NCBI GenBank assembly: GCA_050633245.1
Contig: JBOEGD010000015.1
Span: 21,681-85,680, forward strand
Source: Calditrichia bacterium
GTDB lineage: Bacteria > Calditrichota > Calditrichia > RBG-13-44-9 > J075
Direction: 5' to 3'
Length of the DNA stretch: 64,000 nucleotides
In this document: positions 30,568 to 39,946 of the stretch, one piece after another
How the letters are laid out: each line of letters starts with the position of its first letter
Numbering within the stretch: position 1 is the first letter of the stretch
Translations under genes and position numbers: made by a program
Notes under the pieces: generated by a model
What the model was told of the DNA's origin: nothing
Databases searched by the model: none
What the model saw: only the letters and a program-made list of their open reading frames with translations

Positions 30568-30697
30568 ACGGGCGATGTATTGCCAGATTAGCTCCATAAT
30601 GCGCTGAAGAGGAAACAAATTCTTCATTTGAGCATGCTACGTCCCTTTCGCTCTCACTACTTGCATCTGGCTTCTAACTTCCAGCTTCTTAGGCCTT

Positions 30698-31717
30698 CTA
30701 CTCTTCCCTGCCGTTCGCATGTAGCGCAAAACGCCCTTTATTTTTGTCGTGAACCTGCTCGTGATTTGGCCATGGCCAGCCACCAAACTGAGTGCGGCGG
30801 TATTCAGCAAACGCTTCCTGAATCTCTTCCTGCGTATTCATAACAAACGGACCGTGTTGAGCGACAGGCTCATTAATTGGCTTACCTTGTAGCAGAAGTA
30901 AGAAACAGTCCTCATCACCCGCCTGCAGTTTTACAGCCACATCAGGTGTCAGATTAACAGAATGATTCGCCTCAACCGTTTCGCCGGCAATTAACATGCT
31001 GTCACCCCGGTAAAAATATAGCGAGCGGTTCAAACCCTTTGCAGCTTCCGGTAAGATCCAGGTGGCATTTGCTTCCAGTTTTATGGTTAATATAGCTACC
31101 TGGTTTTCAGGTTTGGCAGCCCATGAATCCGGCGTTGGTTGCGGAGCATTCAGTCCACCTAGGTGTCCGGCAATCACATTGATCTCTGCAATTCTTCCGG
31201 CACTGTCTTTCTCTTGCAAAAGCGGAATATCATTATTCCACAGCATTCTGAAATGCGGCTCCACAAACTTGCTGGCAGCCGGCAGGTTCAGCCACAGCTG
31301 AAACAGCTCAAGTGGATTTTCCTTCTCCTCATTCACCAAGGGGAACATTTCCGAGTGTAGCACGCCTTTTCCGGCTGTCATCCACTGCACGTCTCCTGCT
31401 CCGAAGCGTCCGGAGGCGCCAAGTGAATCGGTGTGATCGACCAGCCCCTCCTTGACAATGGTAACGGTTTCAAATCCACGATGCGGATGATAGGGAAAGC
31501 CCGGTATCTTCTCACCATGATACATGCGCCAGCCATCTTTTATTACAAAATCCTGCCCAATATTACGGCCTTGCAACGATGCAGCAGGTCCCATGTCGCC
31601 ATCGCCTTTCGGGTATTCATCGCGATGATGCACGCAGAATAAAAACGGATCCTGCGTTTCCCAAGGAAAGCCGAGAGGCTTAATATTTAAAATCGATTTG
31701 CTTTTAGATTGAGTCAT
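30698..31717 (-). CDS. Pirin family protein
   Basis: DPFLFCVHH, HPHRGFETVT, HSEMFP, GPFVMNT. Confidence 0.92.
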   Translation of the reverse strand: MTQSKSKSILNIKPLGFPWETQDPFLFCVHHRDEYPKGDGDMGPAASLQGRNIGQDFVIKDGWRMYHGEKIPGFPYHPHRGFETVTIVKEGLVDHTDSLGASGRFGAGDVQWMTAGKGVLHSEMFPLVNEEKENPLELFQLWLNLPAASKFVEPHFRMLWNNDIPLLQEKDSAGRIAEINVIAGHLGGLNAPQPTPDSWAAKPENQVAILTIKLEANATWILPEAAKGLNRSLYFYRGDSMLIAGETVEANHSVNLTPDVAVKLQAGDEDCFLLLLQGKPINEPVAQHGPFVMNTQEEIQEAFAEYRRTQFGGWPWPNHEQVHDKNKGRFALHANGREE

Positions 31718-31844
31718 TTCAGCATCCTTTAAGTTTTAATTACATCTTGGATGCAAAATACTTGAATTGCGTTACAGAATCTGAAGGGTGGTCATCCCGA
31801 AGTGAGACAATAAGCCTCGAAGGCAGGGCTCATTAACAAATCAG

Positions 31845-32561
31845 CTACTTTTTTCCAATACTAAAGATCAGGCCGGAAGAGAAATAAAATGCCGGAGTTC
31901 TTTTCGAGTTGTACGGGAAGAGGTAGCCATACCCAACTTCGAAGATAAATCTTTGCCTATCATCGATCTGCCCCTCTGCCCCGAGATTTAGCAATGTAAA
32001 CCAGGTATCCGGTGGTGCAACAGAATCTTCATCAGATCCCATTCCATCAGAAAAAACAATATCACCCGGATATCCCTTTGCAACCGCAACTCTTAATGTA
32101 CTGTAGAAATTCCAAGGCTTATTGCGCAGGGTTCCTGCTGTCAATCCCAAATCAGCCCCTAAACTTTTTCCATCTGAATCATCAGCTGCGCCAAACCCCG
32201 TTTCCAACCTGATGTGGTTCGCAAGCTGGTACCTGTGCGCAAGCTTTAATGCCATTGCGCCTTCGTCCTGTCGGATAATTCCCATAAAGTCGATGCCGAG
32301 ATCCGTTTTCTCGCCTAGTCCATACTTATAGCGCCCAAACCAGCCGTGGGCACCCGAATGCGCCCCTTCAAACAATGCAACTCCCGTCCCGACGGCGATT
32401 GCTGCTTCTGAGGTTTTGTGTTTTGTTGTCTTTGGTCCACCATAAGTAAAGAGTGGCGTAGGAGGAGCAAAGTGAACGCAGCCATAAAACAACAGCATTG
32501 AACCTAAAAAAAATATTCGCTTAAACCACGGAGAAACCCTGCTCATCATTTTCATATTCAT
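31845..32561 (-). CDS. Hypothetical outer-membrane (lipo)protein
   Basis: Lipobox-like FYGC; beta-strand pattern; directly downstream of an AraC gene. Confidence 0.6.
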   Translation of the reverse strand: MNMKMMSRVSPWFKRIFFLGSMLLFYGCVHFAPPTPLFTYGGPKTTKHKTSEAAIAVGTGVALFEGAHSGAHGWFGRYKYGLGEKTDLGIDFMGIIRQDEGAMALKLAHRYQLANHIRLETGFGAADDSDGKSLGADLGLTAGTLRNKPWNFYSTLRVAVAKGYPGDIVFSDGMGSDEDSVAPPDTWFTLLNLGAEGQIDDRQRFIFEVGYGYLFPYNSKRTPAFYFSSGLIFSIGKK

Positions 32562-32714
32562 TTTTTGCTCCCGGTCGAATTCTCAAATAGAATTTTCGAC
32601 CTAAAATAAGAAATTCAGGAAAAAAAACTTGCGTCCTTATCGGCAAATAGAAGTTCCCGATCGGGTCGGTAATGATAATTGCCAGCAAATACACAGGAAA
32701 TAATAAGAAGGGTT

Positions 32715-33884
32715 CTAACCGGACTTACTTCGATATTGCGAAGGAGTCATTTGCATTTGTTTTCGAAAGGCAGCATTGAAAGAAGAGACTGAATTGAAGC
32801 CGGATAGAAGCGCAATTTGTGCAATAGTATAATGTTGTTTTGATGAATCATGGAGTAAAATCTTCGCCTCATCAACGCGATAAGCATTAACCATCCCGAA
32901 GAAATTACAATCCAGTTTTGTATTAATCACCTGAGATAAATCATGTTGTGACAAACCCATCTTGTTCGCAAGCGTTGCCAATTTCAATTCCGCATTCAAA
33001 TACGGTTTTTCTTCATTCATGACCGTCAAAAGTTTATGTAAAAATTTTTCAGCTCTTGCATCAGACAGGCCAGACTTGGCGTATTTGCTTTTTGATACAT
33101 CCAGCAGTGCATTTTTCATGGTTCCCTTTCGTTCTCCATGGAAAATTACCGGCTGCATTAATCCAACATAGCCGATTGAATACATAAGTAGTGATACCAA
33201 CAGCCAGACCTGGTTAAGGTTTTCTATTCGCGTTCCCCATAGATAGGAACCTTTTATGCCGGGCATTGGTCCGATAAAAGAATTTAAGGCAAGACCCCAA
33301 GTAACCAATAAGGCGGTAAACAAAAAGACGAGCCATTTAATATTGAGCTTATCAACAGAGACGGCAGTCCCCATTAAGAGCTCACGGTTCCCATAAAGAA
33401 CGTGCAAGATGAGGGTTAAATAGATGCACGATTGCAGTAAAACTAAACCGGCTATTAATGGGCAAAACTCACATACCTGAGAGAAGTTTGCGAGGATATA
33501 GTCAACTTTTTCAGAAGTAGTCTTAAGATAAAATCGCGAGAAAAGCAGAACGCAAATTAAAGTTGGCAAAAGGTGCAACAGAGCAGTTTTTTTAAGCCTG
33601 TAGGCACGCAGAATAAGCCTTTTGGCATAGAGGTAGTTTAGCGGCCCCAGTAAAAATATCAGCGGCAAAGTTGTTCTGGCAAGGTGTGGCAGGTATAGCA
33701 CATACCCGGAGGCTTCCAGAACAAAAGAGAATATGATGATGGAATAGACAAGAAGTGTACCTCCTAAAAGTCGATTCGCAGCAACATTGCCCCTTTTGCC
33801 AAGCAAGAAGTAGGTTGCCAGCAGAATTCCCTGTACCGCACCAAGAATGAGTATTACCTGAATTGTGCTTAAGGATGCTTGCAT
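32715..33884 (-). CDS. Membrane-bound AraC family regulator
   Basis: Multiple N-terminal TMs, KYAKSGL linker, LSQVIN...NF...VN.YRV, GFNSVSSFNAAFRK..MTPS. Confidence 0.9.
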   Translation of the reverse strand: MQASLSTIQVILILGAVQGILLATYFLLGKRGNVAANRLLGGTLLVYSIIIFSFVLEASGYVLYLPHLARTTLPLIFLLGPLNYLYAKRLILRAYRLKKTALLHLLPTLICVLLFSRFYLKTTSEKVDYILANFSQVCEFCPLIAGLVLLQSCIYLTLILHVLYGNRELLMGTAVSVDKLNIKWLVFLFTALLVTWGLALNSFIGPMPGIKGSYLWGTRIENLNQVWLLVSLLMYSIGYVGLMQPVIFHGERKGTMKNALLDVSKSKYAKSGLSDARAEKFLHKLLTVMNEEKPYLNAELKLATLANKMGLSQHDLSQVINTKLDCNFFGMVNAYRVDEAKILLHDSSKQHYTIAQIALLSGFNSVSSFNAAFRKQMQMTPSQYRSKSG

Positions 33885-33997
33885 GGTATTGTACGATTGC
33901 TCCTCGTTAGAGTATCAACAAAACATACCATCTACGAGCGATAATAGCAAACCTACGCGTTGCCAGATTCGCTCCAACGGGTAAATAGCTCCCCTCT

Positions 33998-34867
33998 TTA
34001 CTTATCCCCGGTTTCCATCTCAACCCAAAGATCCGGATATGTTGTATCCTTCACATCCACCATAACATATCCTTTTTGCGTGGCGATATTGATCATAAAC
34101 GGCACGCCTTTTCTCTTCTTATCGCCTTCACAGGTAATCCAGTCGGGATGGTTCGACCAATGGTGATTGTCGCCCATTGTTTCTCCCGGCATGACGCTGT
34201 GGGAGATTGTCTGATGAAGCATTGAGTTGGTATTAGTCTGGTTCAATCGATTGATATAGACGTTAAGATGGTGTGGTTTTCCGTTATCATTGTATGTTAT
34301 AAACCGTCCATCCGGTGAAATTCCAGCAGAGCAATTATCATCTTGATATTCGATATGCGTGCGCGTATCAAGATCAATAGCGCGGAGAATATGCCCATCC
34401 CGGCAGACCAGGCGGTTTTGCTTGGCAGACATGCCGATTTCACCTGTGCACTGCACAAAGTCTATCAGAACTCGCTGCTCCTGCAGGTCAATATCAACCG
34501 CCATTACCATATCATCCACAATAAACAGCACTTCTTTTCCGTTGGGGTGAAATTCAAGCGGGCAGTTTTTATCTTCCTCGGCATAATCTACCAAGTCAAT
34601 TCTGTTCGTACCATCGGCATTTACAACATAAATCGTGCTGCCGTCCTTAACCGCAACCTGATTGCCGTTCGGGCTCCAGCGAGCAAAGTCTCCCCTGCCC
34701 AACTCAGTATATTCCGGATTGTCCAATTGATGTGCTCTAACGCGGTTATCCTTTACGTAAACAACCTTTCCGCTTATCCCTCCAACCTGGGCAAAGGCCG
34801 GGAAAGAGCATCCGGTAAGCAGGAGCAGCACTATTTCGAAAATTTTTCTCATATCGGCTATAAACAT
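33998..34867 (-). CDS. Exported TolB/PD40-like beta-propeller protein
   Basis: Signal peptide (alternative start 34852); WSPNG, FHPNG, ISPDG blades; YPDLW end. Confidence 0.7.
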   Translation of the reverse strand: MFIADMRKIFEIVLLLLTGCSFPAFAQVGGISGKVVYVKDNRVRAHQLDNPEYTELGRGDFARWSPNGNQVAVKDGSTIYVVNADGTNRIDLVDYAEEDKNCPLEFHPNGKEVLFIVDDMVMAVDIDLQEQRVLIDFVQCTGEIGMSAKQNRLVCRDGHILRAIDLDTRTHIEYQDDNCSAGISPDGRFITYNDNGKPHHLNVYINRLNQTNTNSMLHQTISHSVMPGETMGDNHHWSNHPDWITCEGDKKRKGVPFMINIATQKGYVMVDVKDTTYPDLWVEMETGDK

Positions 34868-35007
34868 AATACGATAAACACGTTCTCCTGTGAGGTATTT
34901 CGTAATTGATGTATCGGAAATTCTATAAATACTTCGTTCTAACCGGGATCTTGAATTCCGGAGTTATCCAACTGTTTAGTACAATGTTGCCATGATAGTG
35001 CTGATCT

Positions 35008-35484
35008 TTATTTCTCAAAAAGCTGAACGCGATTACCGTCAGGATCTTTAACAATGACCATCCTTCTTCCGCTGTGCTGATCTTTAACAACGTCACCATT
35101 GAACTCCACTCCGGCATTCTTTAATCGGGTTACCCACTGATCCAATTCTGCCACTAAATAGCCAATTTTAAAAAGTCCGATGATGCGGATCTTTTTGGGA
35201 GTTTCCACCATCAGTTCTCCAGGAGAAACAGCACCCTTCAGTTCAATAAGTTCAATCCAGGCCTTTCCGCATTTCAGATTTGCCATGCGCAGACCGCGTT
35301 CTTCCAGATCAACGCGACTTACCATTTCAAACCCAAGATTATTGGTATACCATTCAAGGGTGGTATCGATATTACTGACAATCATGGCTGTAAAATAGGG
35401 CTCAGGATCTGATATGGGATCGTCCTGCGAAAATAGGGTAAATGGAATTAGCAAAAGCATCAATACAGTGACAAACGATTTCAT
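35008..35484 (-). CDS. VOC/glyoxalase family protein, exported
   Basis: WY...LGF, IELIE, VKDPDGNRVQLFE; signal peptide. Confidence 0.85.
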   Translation of the reverse strand: MKSFVTVLMLLLIPFTLFSQDDPISDPEPYFTAMIVSNIDTTLEWYTNNLGFEMVSRVDLEERGLRMANLKCGKAWIELIELKGAVSPGELMVETPKKIRIIGLFKIGYLVAELDQWVTRLKNAGVEFNGDVVKDQHSGRRMVIVKDPDGNRVQLFEK

Positions 35485-35562
35485 GGAAACCTCTCATCTT
35501 TAAATGAACATGATATGTATGGATTACTTAAATAAGGTGAGAGGGGTTGCAATAAATCTAAT

Positions 35563-36762
35563 TTAAGAGGCAATATTTAAAATCCAGCCGCTCAGAAATT
35601 CCAGGTAATTATGAACTATCCACCCTGATTCCGGATCGATTAGCGCGTGCCCTGTATTCGGATACAGCTTCACTTGTGAAGCTGAATCATCCGATACGTT
35701 AACAATTTCAGAGAACCGTTTACTGCTTCCTTCTGCCCATACCTGGGTATCATTTTCTCCAAGGATCATCAGTGCCGGCTTCCCAACAGGCCAATGGGTC
35801 AATGGATCGTAGTCTTTATTTTGTTTCCACCAGAATTTTCTGGTCCGCGTTACTCGATACGAAAATAGTGGAGCTACCAAGGATGCAATAAAATCAGGCG
35901 CTCCGGATGCTATGATATCCGATTTTATCTCATAATTTAACTGCTGATATGGCGTAAAAGCGCTCGAGGAAACTACAATACAGAACGCTATCGTGTTAGA
36001 GTTTGATGCCGCCAGCGGGGCAATCCATCCACCCTGGCTGAAGCCGACGAATCCGATCTTTCCTTGCGCATGACCATTAAGCTTAAGATAGTCCACTGCC
36101 GCCAGGGCATCTTCGCTAAAACTTTTAAAACTGCTGGTCTTCCAATTACCCTCCGATTTTCCGCAGCCTCGTTTATCCGGCAGAAGTACTGCAATTCCCT
36201 GCTTTGCTAAGAAATCTGCCTGATACAGATACCAGAAGCTATCGCGATCGCTTGTGCCGGAGCCGTGTAGCAAAACAACAACCGGATGTGGTTTTGTAGA
36301 AAGGGGTTTAAAAAGAGTTGCTGTTAGCTCTATACTGTCCGTGACATTGGTATAACGTATTTCCTGCTGGATGTAGTGCTGATCCGGGAGTCGCGTCATA
36401 TAGCGAACCGTAGAGTCGGCAAGGGATAAGCTGCGGACAGTTCCTGCGGGATCGTATTGAAAACAGACGCGGGTAGAATAACTGGATCGCTGCCATTGGA
36501 AACAGGTATCCGACAGGGCAATTAGCGGCCTGCTGCGCAGCGGCTTGAAGCAGTTCATCAGTAATGCGGAATTCGCACTCCAGGTTATCATCCAATCGAT
36601 ATTGTTTTCATCACGGTACCAGCCAATCTTGTCTTCCAACAAATACGATTGCTGATCGCTCACTCTGTTGTTCGTGGGGGCAACGTCTTCTCCCGGGAAG
36701 AAAATAAGCCATCCCCCCATTAACAAAATACCTGCAAGCAGTATGGTCAGAATTCGTTTTAT
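35563..36762 (-). CDS. Alpha/beta hydrolase (S9/CocE-like)
   Basis: LHGSG, DKRGCG.S, GFSQGG nucleophile, GEND, GH. Start codon ambiguous: ATA at 36762 follows AGGGGAG, and the ORF is open to 36903. Confidence 0.8.
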   Translation of the reverse strand: MKRILTILLAGILLMGGWLIFFPGEDVAPTNNRVSDQQSYLLEDKIGWYRDENNIDWMITWSANSALLMNCFKPLRSRPLIALSDTCFQWQRSSYSTRVCFQYDPAGTVRSLSLADSTVRYMTRLPDQHYIQQEIRYTNVTDSIELTATLFKPLSTKPHPVVVLLHGSGTSDRDSFWYLYQADFLAKQGIAVLLPDKRGCGKSEGNWKTSSFKSFSEDALAAVDYLKLNGHAQGKIGFVGFSQGGWIAPLAASNSNTIAFCIVVSSSAFTPYQQLNYEIKSDIIASGAPDFIASLVAPLFSYRVTRTRKFWWKQNKDYDPLTHWPVGKPALMILGENDTQVWAEGSSKRFSEIVNVSDDSASQVKLYPNTGHALIDPESGWIVHNYLEFLSGWILNIAS

Positions 36763-36967
36763 TTGCTCATCTCCCCTTGCTTCATAGTTAAGTACCCGAA
36801 AACACCACATCTCAGTAAAAAGATGAATCAGAAAATCTACTAACAGTTTAGTTTTTACTAATCTATTAGTAAAAACCAAACTTGTCAATATTTTTATGGG
36901 CATGACTGGGGATTTTGTAATCGGACCTCATTACAAAGAGTTTTTCAGTAGCGCATCATTTTTATAT

Positions 36968-37939
36968 CTACCGGACAATCCAGTTAAAAACATCTGACAG
37001 AACGTTCTCTGCCGGGGAATTCTCACCATCCTTTAAAATTAAATGGGTTACATTAGGATAGGCTGTCCAGCGAAAGGCGGTTTGACCGCTGGCGATTTGT
37101 TGCCATGCAGTTTTGTTTTTGTTCAGAGTTCCCAGTGGAAAATTTTCATCACTGCATCCCTGCAGGATAAATGCCGGAACACCGCTTGCTTGTAAAACAC
37201 TGTCGGCTTTTTCACTATAGAGCATCCATTCCTGCCAATAGGATTCCCCTGCTCCCAAAATCGCTCCACCAACCGGGAATTGGCCGCTTCGTATCAGGCC
37301 AAATGCCAACTGCACGTCATTGACTACCGTCTCTGATACATTAGGATTTGCTCTTAATTGTTCAACGACCAGCGTATCAATGGCAATTGCCGGTGCTGCC
37401 AGAATTACAAGCCCAGCGATATTACTCAATCGGCCGGCGGCAACCGGGACAATATTTCCGCCTTCACTATGACCGATCAGAAAAATATTTTGTGAATCCA
37501 AATCGGTTTGGTTACGCAAAAAATTTACTGCAGCAACAATATCGGATATCTGATCCTCCTGAGAGAGCTGTAGGGGATCTAAATTCGAATAGGTAATAAA
37601 GCGTTTATCATAACGAAGTACAGCTACATCCTGTGAAACTAAATCATCCGCCCAGAACTTATATATTGCAGGCATGGTACCGGATCCTCCCTGCACTATT
37701 CCGTCGCGGTCAACGGGGCCGGAGCCCGGTACGATTACTACAGCAGCACGGGGTTGATTAAAGGGAGAATATAGCGTTCCCTCCAGCACCAGGCTATCTG
37801 GGGTAGGAAAGAAAACTTCCGACGACTGGTACTGGGTGTTCAGAGGAGGATCAACGGTTTCGGAGCAAGCAAAGAATATTAGAGGAATAATTACCCCTAG
37901 GATCAGTTTATTTGGATTGCTAAGCATGTCTAAGCTCAT
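36968..37939 (-). CDS. Alpha/beta hydrolase lipoprotein
   Basis: Lipobox FFAC; GSGPVDRDG, RYDKR, GHSEGG, QG.SD, TH. Confidence 0.85.
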   Translation of the reverse strand: MSLDMLSNPNKLILGVIIPLIFFACSETVDPPLNTQYQSSEVFFPTPDSLVLEGTLYSPFNQPRAAVVIVPGSGPVDRDGIVQGGSGTMPAIYKFWADDLVSQDVAVLRYDKRFITYSNLDPLQLSQEDQISDIVAAVNFLRNQTDLDSQNIFLIGHSEGGNIVPVAAGRLSNIAGLVILAAPAIAIDTLVVEQLRANPNVSETVVNDVQLAFGLIRSGQFPVGGAILGAGESYWQEWMLYSEKADSVLQASGVPAFILQGCSDENFPLGTLNKNKTAWQQIASGQTAFRWTAYPNVTHLILKDGENSPAENVLSDVFNWIVR

Positions 37940-38338
37940 CCTATTTTCCTTTATATAATTCTGTTTTGGTAAATATTACGCCTTGGAGTTTGCAAATTTC
38001 AAGTGCAAAATCGGGAAGCAGTATCTGTTCCGTGATCCTGTTCCAGCGCTTACACTTTGAATTATGTGAACCGGACTACAGTTTGAGCTTCTGGGTCTCT
38101 TTTGAGGTAGCAAGTGCTATTTGTGTATTGGTTCTAACGACACCTTTGATAGCTTTTAATTGGGTAAAGAAAATGGTAACTAAGTGGATTCATTTTGTTA
38201 TTTTTAAGCATTACAGCCCAAGATGAAAAAGTACCTGATAAAGGCGATTAAAAGTTCAACCCTAGTTTGCATGAGAAAATAGACTGCGGCTTATTAGCAG
38301 AACAATATCTGTTGGGTAGCAAACAAGAGAGGAGTAAA

Positions 38339-39517
38339 ATGTCCCGGCTAAGATTGCTGATTGCCATGTTGCTTTTTCATTCGCTGCTTCTTGCACAGGA
38401 GCAGGGAAACCAGACCCGGAAGGGGTTTAACATCACCGGAATCCCCGTGTTAAAATTCAATTCGGATGAAGGATTCGGCTATGGGGCAAGGGCGTCCATC
38501 TTCCATCACGCTGATGGCGGATACAATCCATATTTCTTTTTAATCGATACTCAGGTATCTTTTACCACAGAAAGTCAGAAGGAAGTATTTGTATTCTTTG
38601 ATTCACCTTTTCTGCTCGGTGATGGCAATCGATTGACCGGTGAGGTCCGCTACCAGGATAACGATTTTACTCCCTACTACGGTTTGGGGCACCGATCTAC
38701 ATTTATCGAAGCAATTGCAGATACCGAAGATCCCTCCTTCATCAATGAGGATTTCTATCGGTTTGGGCGCAAGCGCATTACCGCCTGGCTGGATTATCAG
38801 CGCAGTATGGGAACAGTTCGCGCCTTAGCCGGGTTCGGCATCAACCATACGGATGTTGACCTGCTGGCCGGCACAACGTTACTCGAACAGGACGATGCGG
38901 TTTCCGGCCGGGCAGGCGGCTTCACGAACTATATCAAACTGGGACTGGTTTATGATACCCGTGACTTTGAACCGGCGCCGAATCGAGGTTCCTGGATAGA
39001 TGCTGTTTTCGCATGGTCGCATGAGGCAATCGCCAGCGGTTACAACTACCGACGCCTCACGCTTAACCAGCGACAATATATTTCTCTCTCGAAAAAGTTG
39101 GTACTCGCCCAACGTCTTGCTTTCATAAATAGCTGGGGAGATATTCCATTTTACGAAACAGCTTTTATTGCCAGTACCTTCCGTATAGAAGAAGGCATCG
39201 GAGGTTCCAAAAGCGTCCGGGGAGTGTTGAAAAATCGCTTCCTAGGGCCTGTTGAAACGTTCGGCAACCTCGAATTACGATGGCGGTTAACAGATTTCAG
39301 CCTGATCGGACAGAATTTCTTCCTGTCTCTCAATGCATTCTATGATGTTGGTGGAGCCTGGAATACGATTGAGGCCATTTCGCTGAATTCTATCCAGGCT
39401 GGTCAGGGAGGCGGTATAAACATTGGTTGGGACGAGAGCTTTATTATTTCCATTGACGCCGGCAGGGGTGAGGACACAGATTTTGCGCTGTATATTGGGG
39501 TGGGGTATTTGTTTTAA
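38339..39517 (+). CDS. Omp85/BamA-TamA (surface antigen D15) family outer-membrane protein without POTRA domains
   Basis: P...FNSDEGFGYG, YDTRDFE..P.RG, VRG...NRF, C-terminal IGVGYLF. Confidence 0.82.
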   Translation: MSRLRLLIAMLLFHSLLLAQEQGNQTRKGFNITGIPVLKFNSDEGFGYGARASIFHHADGGYNPYFFLIDTQVSFTTESQKEVFVFFDSPFLLGDGNRLTGEVRYQDNDFTPYYGLGHRSTFIEAIADTEDPSFINEDFYRFGRKRITAWLDYQRSMGTVRALAGFGINHTDVDLLAGTTLLEQDDAVSGRAGGFTNYIKLGLVYDTRDFEPAPNRGSWIDAVFAWSHEAIASGYNYRRLTLNQRQYISLSKKLVLAQRLAFINSWGDIPFYETAFIASTFRIEEGIGGSKSVRGVLKNRFLGPVETFGNLELRWRLTDFSLIGQNFFLSLNAFYDVGGAWNTIEAISLNSIQAGQGGGINIGWDESFIISIDAGRGEDTDFALYIGVGYLF

Positions 39518-39525
39518 GGTTGGAT

Positions 39526-39714
39526 TCAAACACTATCAGCTAAATCGACTCTGTTCGTGCAGTCGGCGTTTATTACATAAATCGTACGGCCGTCTTTAAC
39601 GGCAACTTGCTAACCATCAGGGCTCCATCGTGCAAAGCCTCCCATGCCCAAGTCTGTGTACTCGGCCTCACCAAGCTGATGCACGCGAACGCTGTTGTCT
39701 TTGACACAGAACAT
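39526..39714 (-). pseudogene. Decayed fragment paralogous to the N-terminus of the 33998..34867 beta-propeller gene
   Basis: Translates as VKDNSVRVHQLGEAEYTDLGMGGFARWSPDG*QVAVKDGRTIYVINADCTNRVDLAD versus VKDNRVRAHQLDNPEYTELGRGDFARWSPNGNQVAVKDGSTIYVVNADGTNRIDLVD. It has an in-frame TAG and is truncated. Confidence 0.85.
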
Positions 39715-39879
39715 CTAATAGCGGGAATGCCTCGCAATGAGTGTATTTTCCAAGACTGCATGACAATAAGTATACATCCCTTAATGCACTGAATATATTG
39801 GCGTGATAATTCGCTTCAATCAACAACTCACAGTGGCAGTTCATGGAGCAAATTGCACCGGGGACCGTGTTTTATCTAT

Positions 39880-39914
39880 AACAAGCTAACCCGATAGAAC
39901 GCTACCGGATTAGC
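39880..39914 (-). terminator. Stem-loop after the 39947..41803 gene
   Basis: AAGCTAAcCCG...CGGaTTAGCTT imperfect inverted repeat. Confidence 0.5.
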
Positions 39915-39946
39915 TTTGGGGTTTATTTTAGTCCTGAATATTAAAT

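Noticed and set aside
30688-30700. Read-through of the pirin TAG stop
   Set aside because: It would add only two residues and there is no recoding context.
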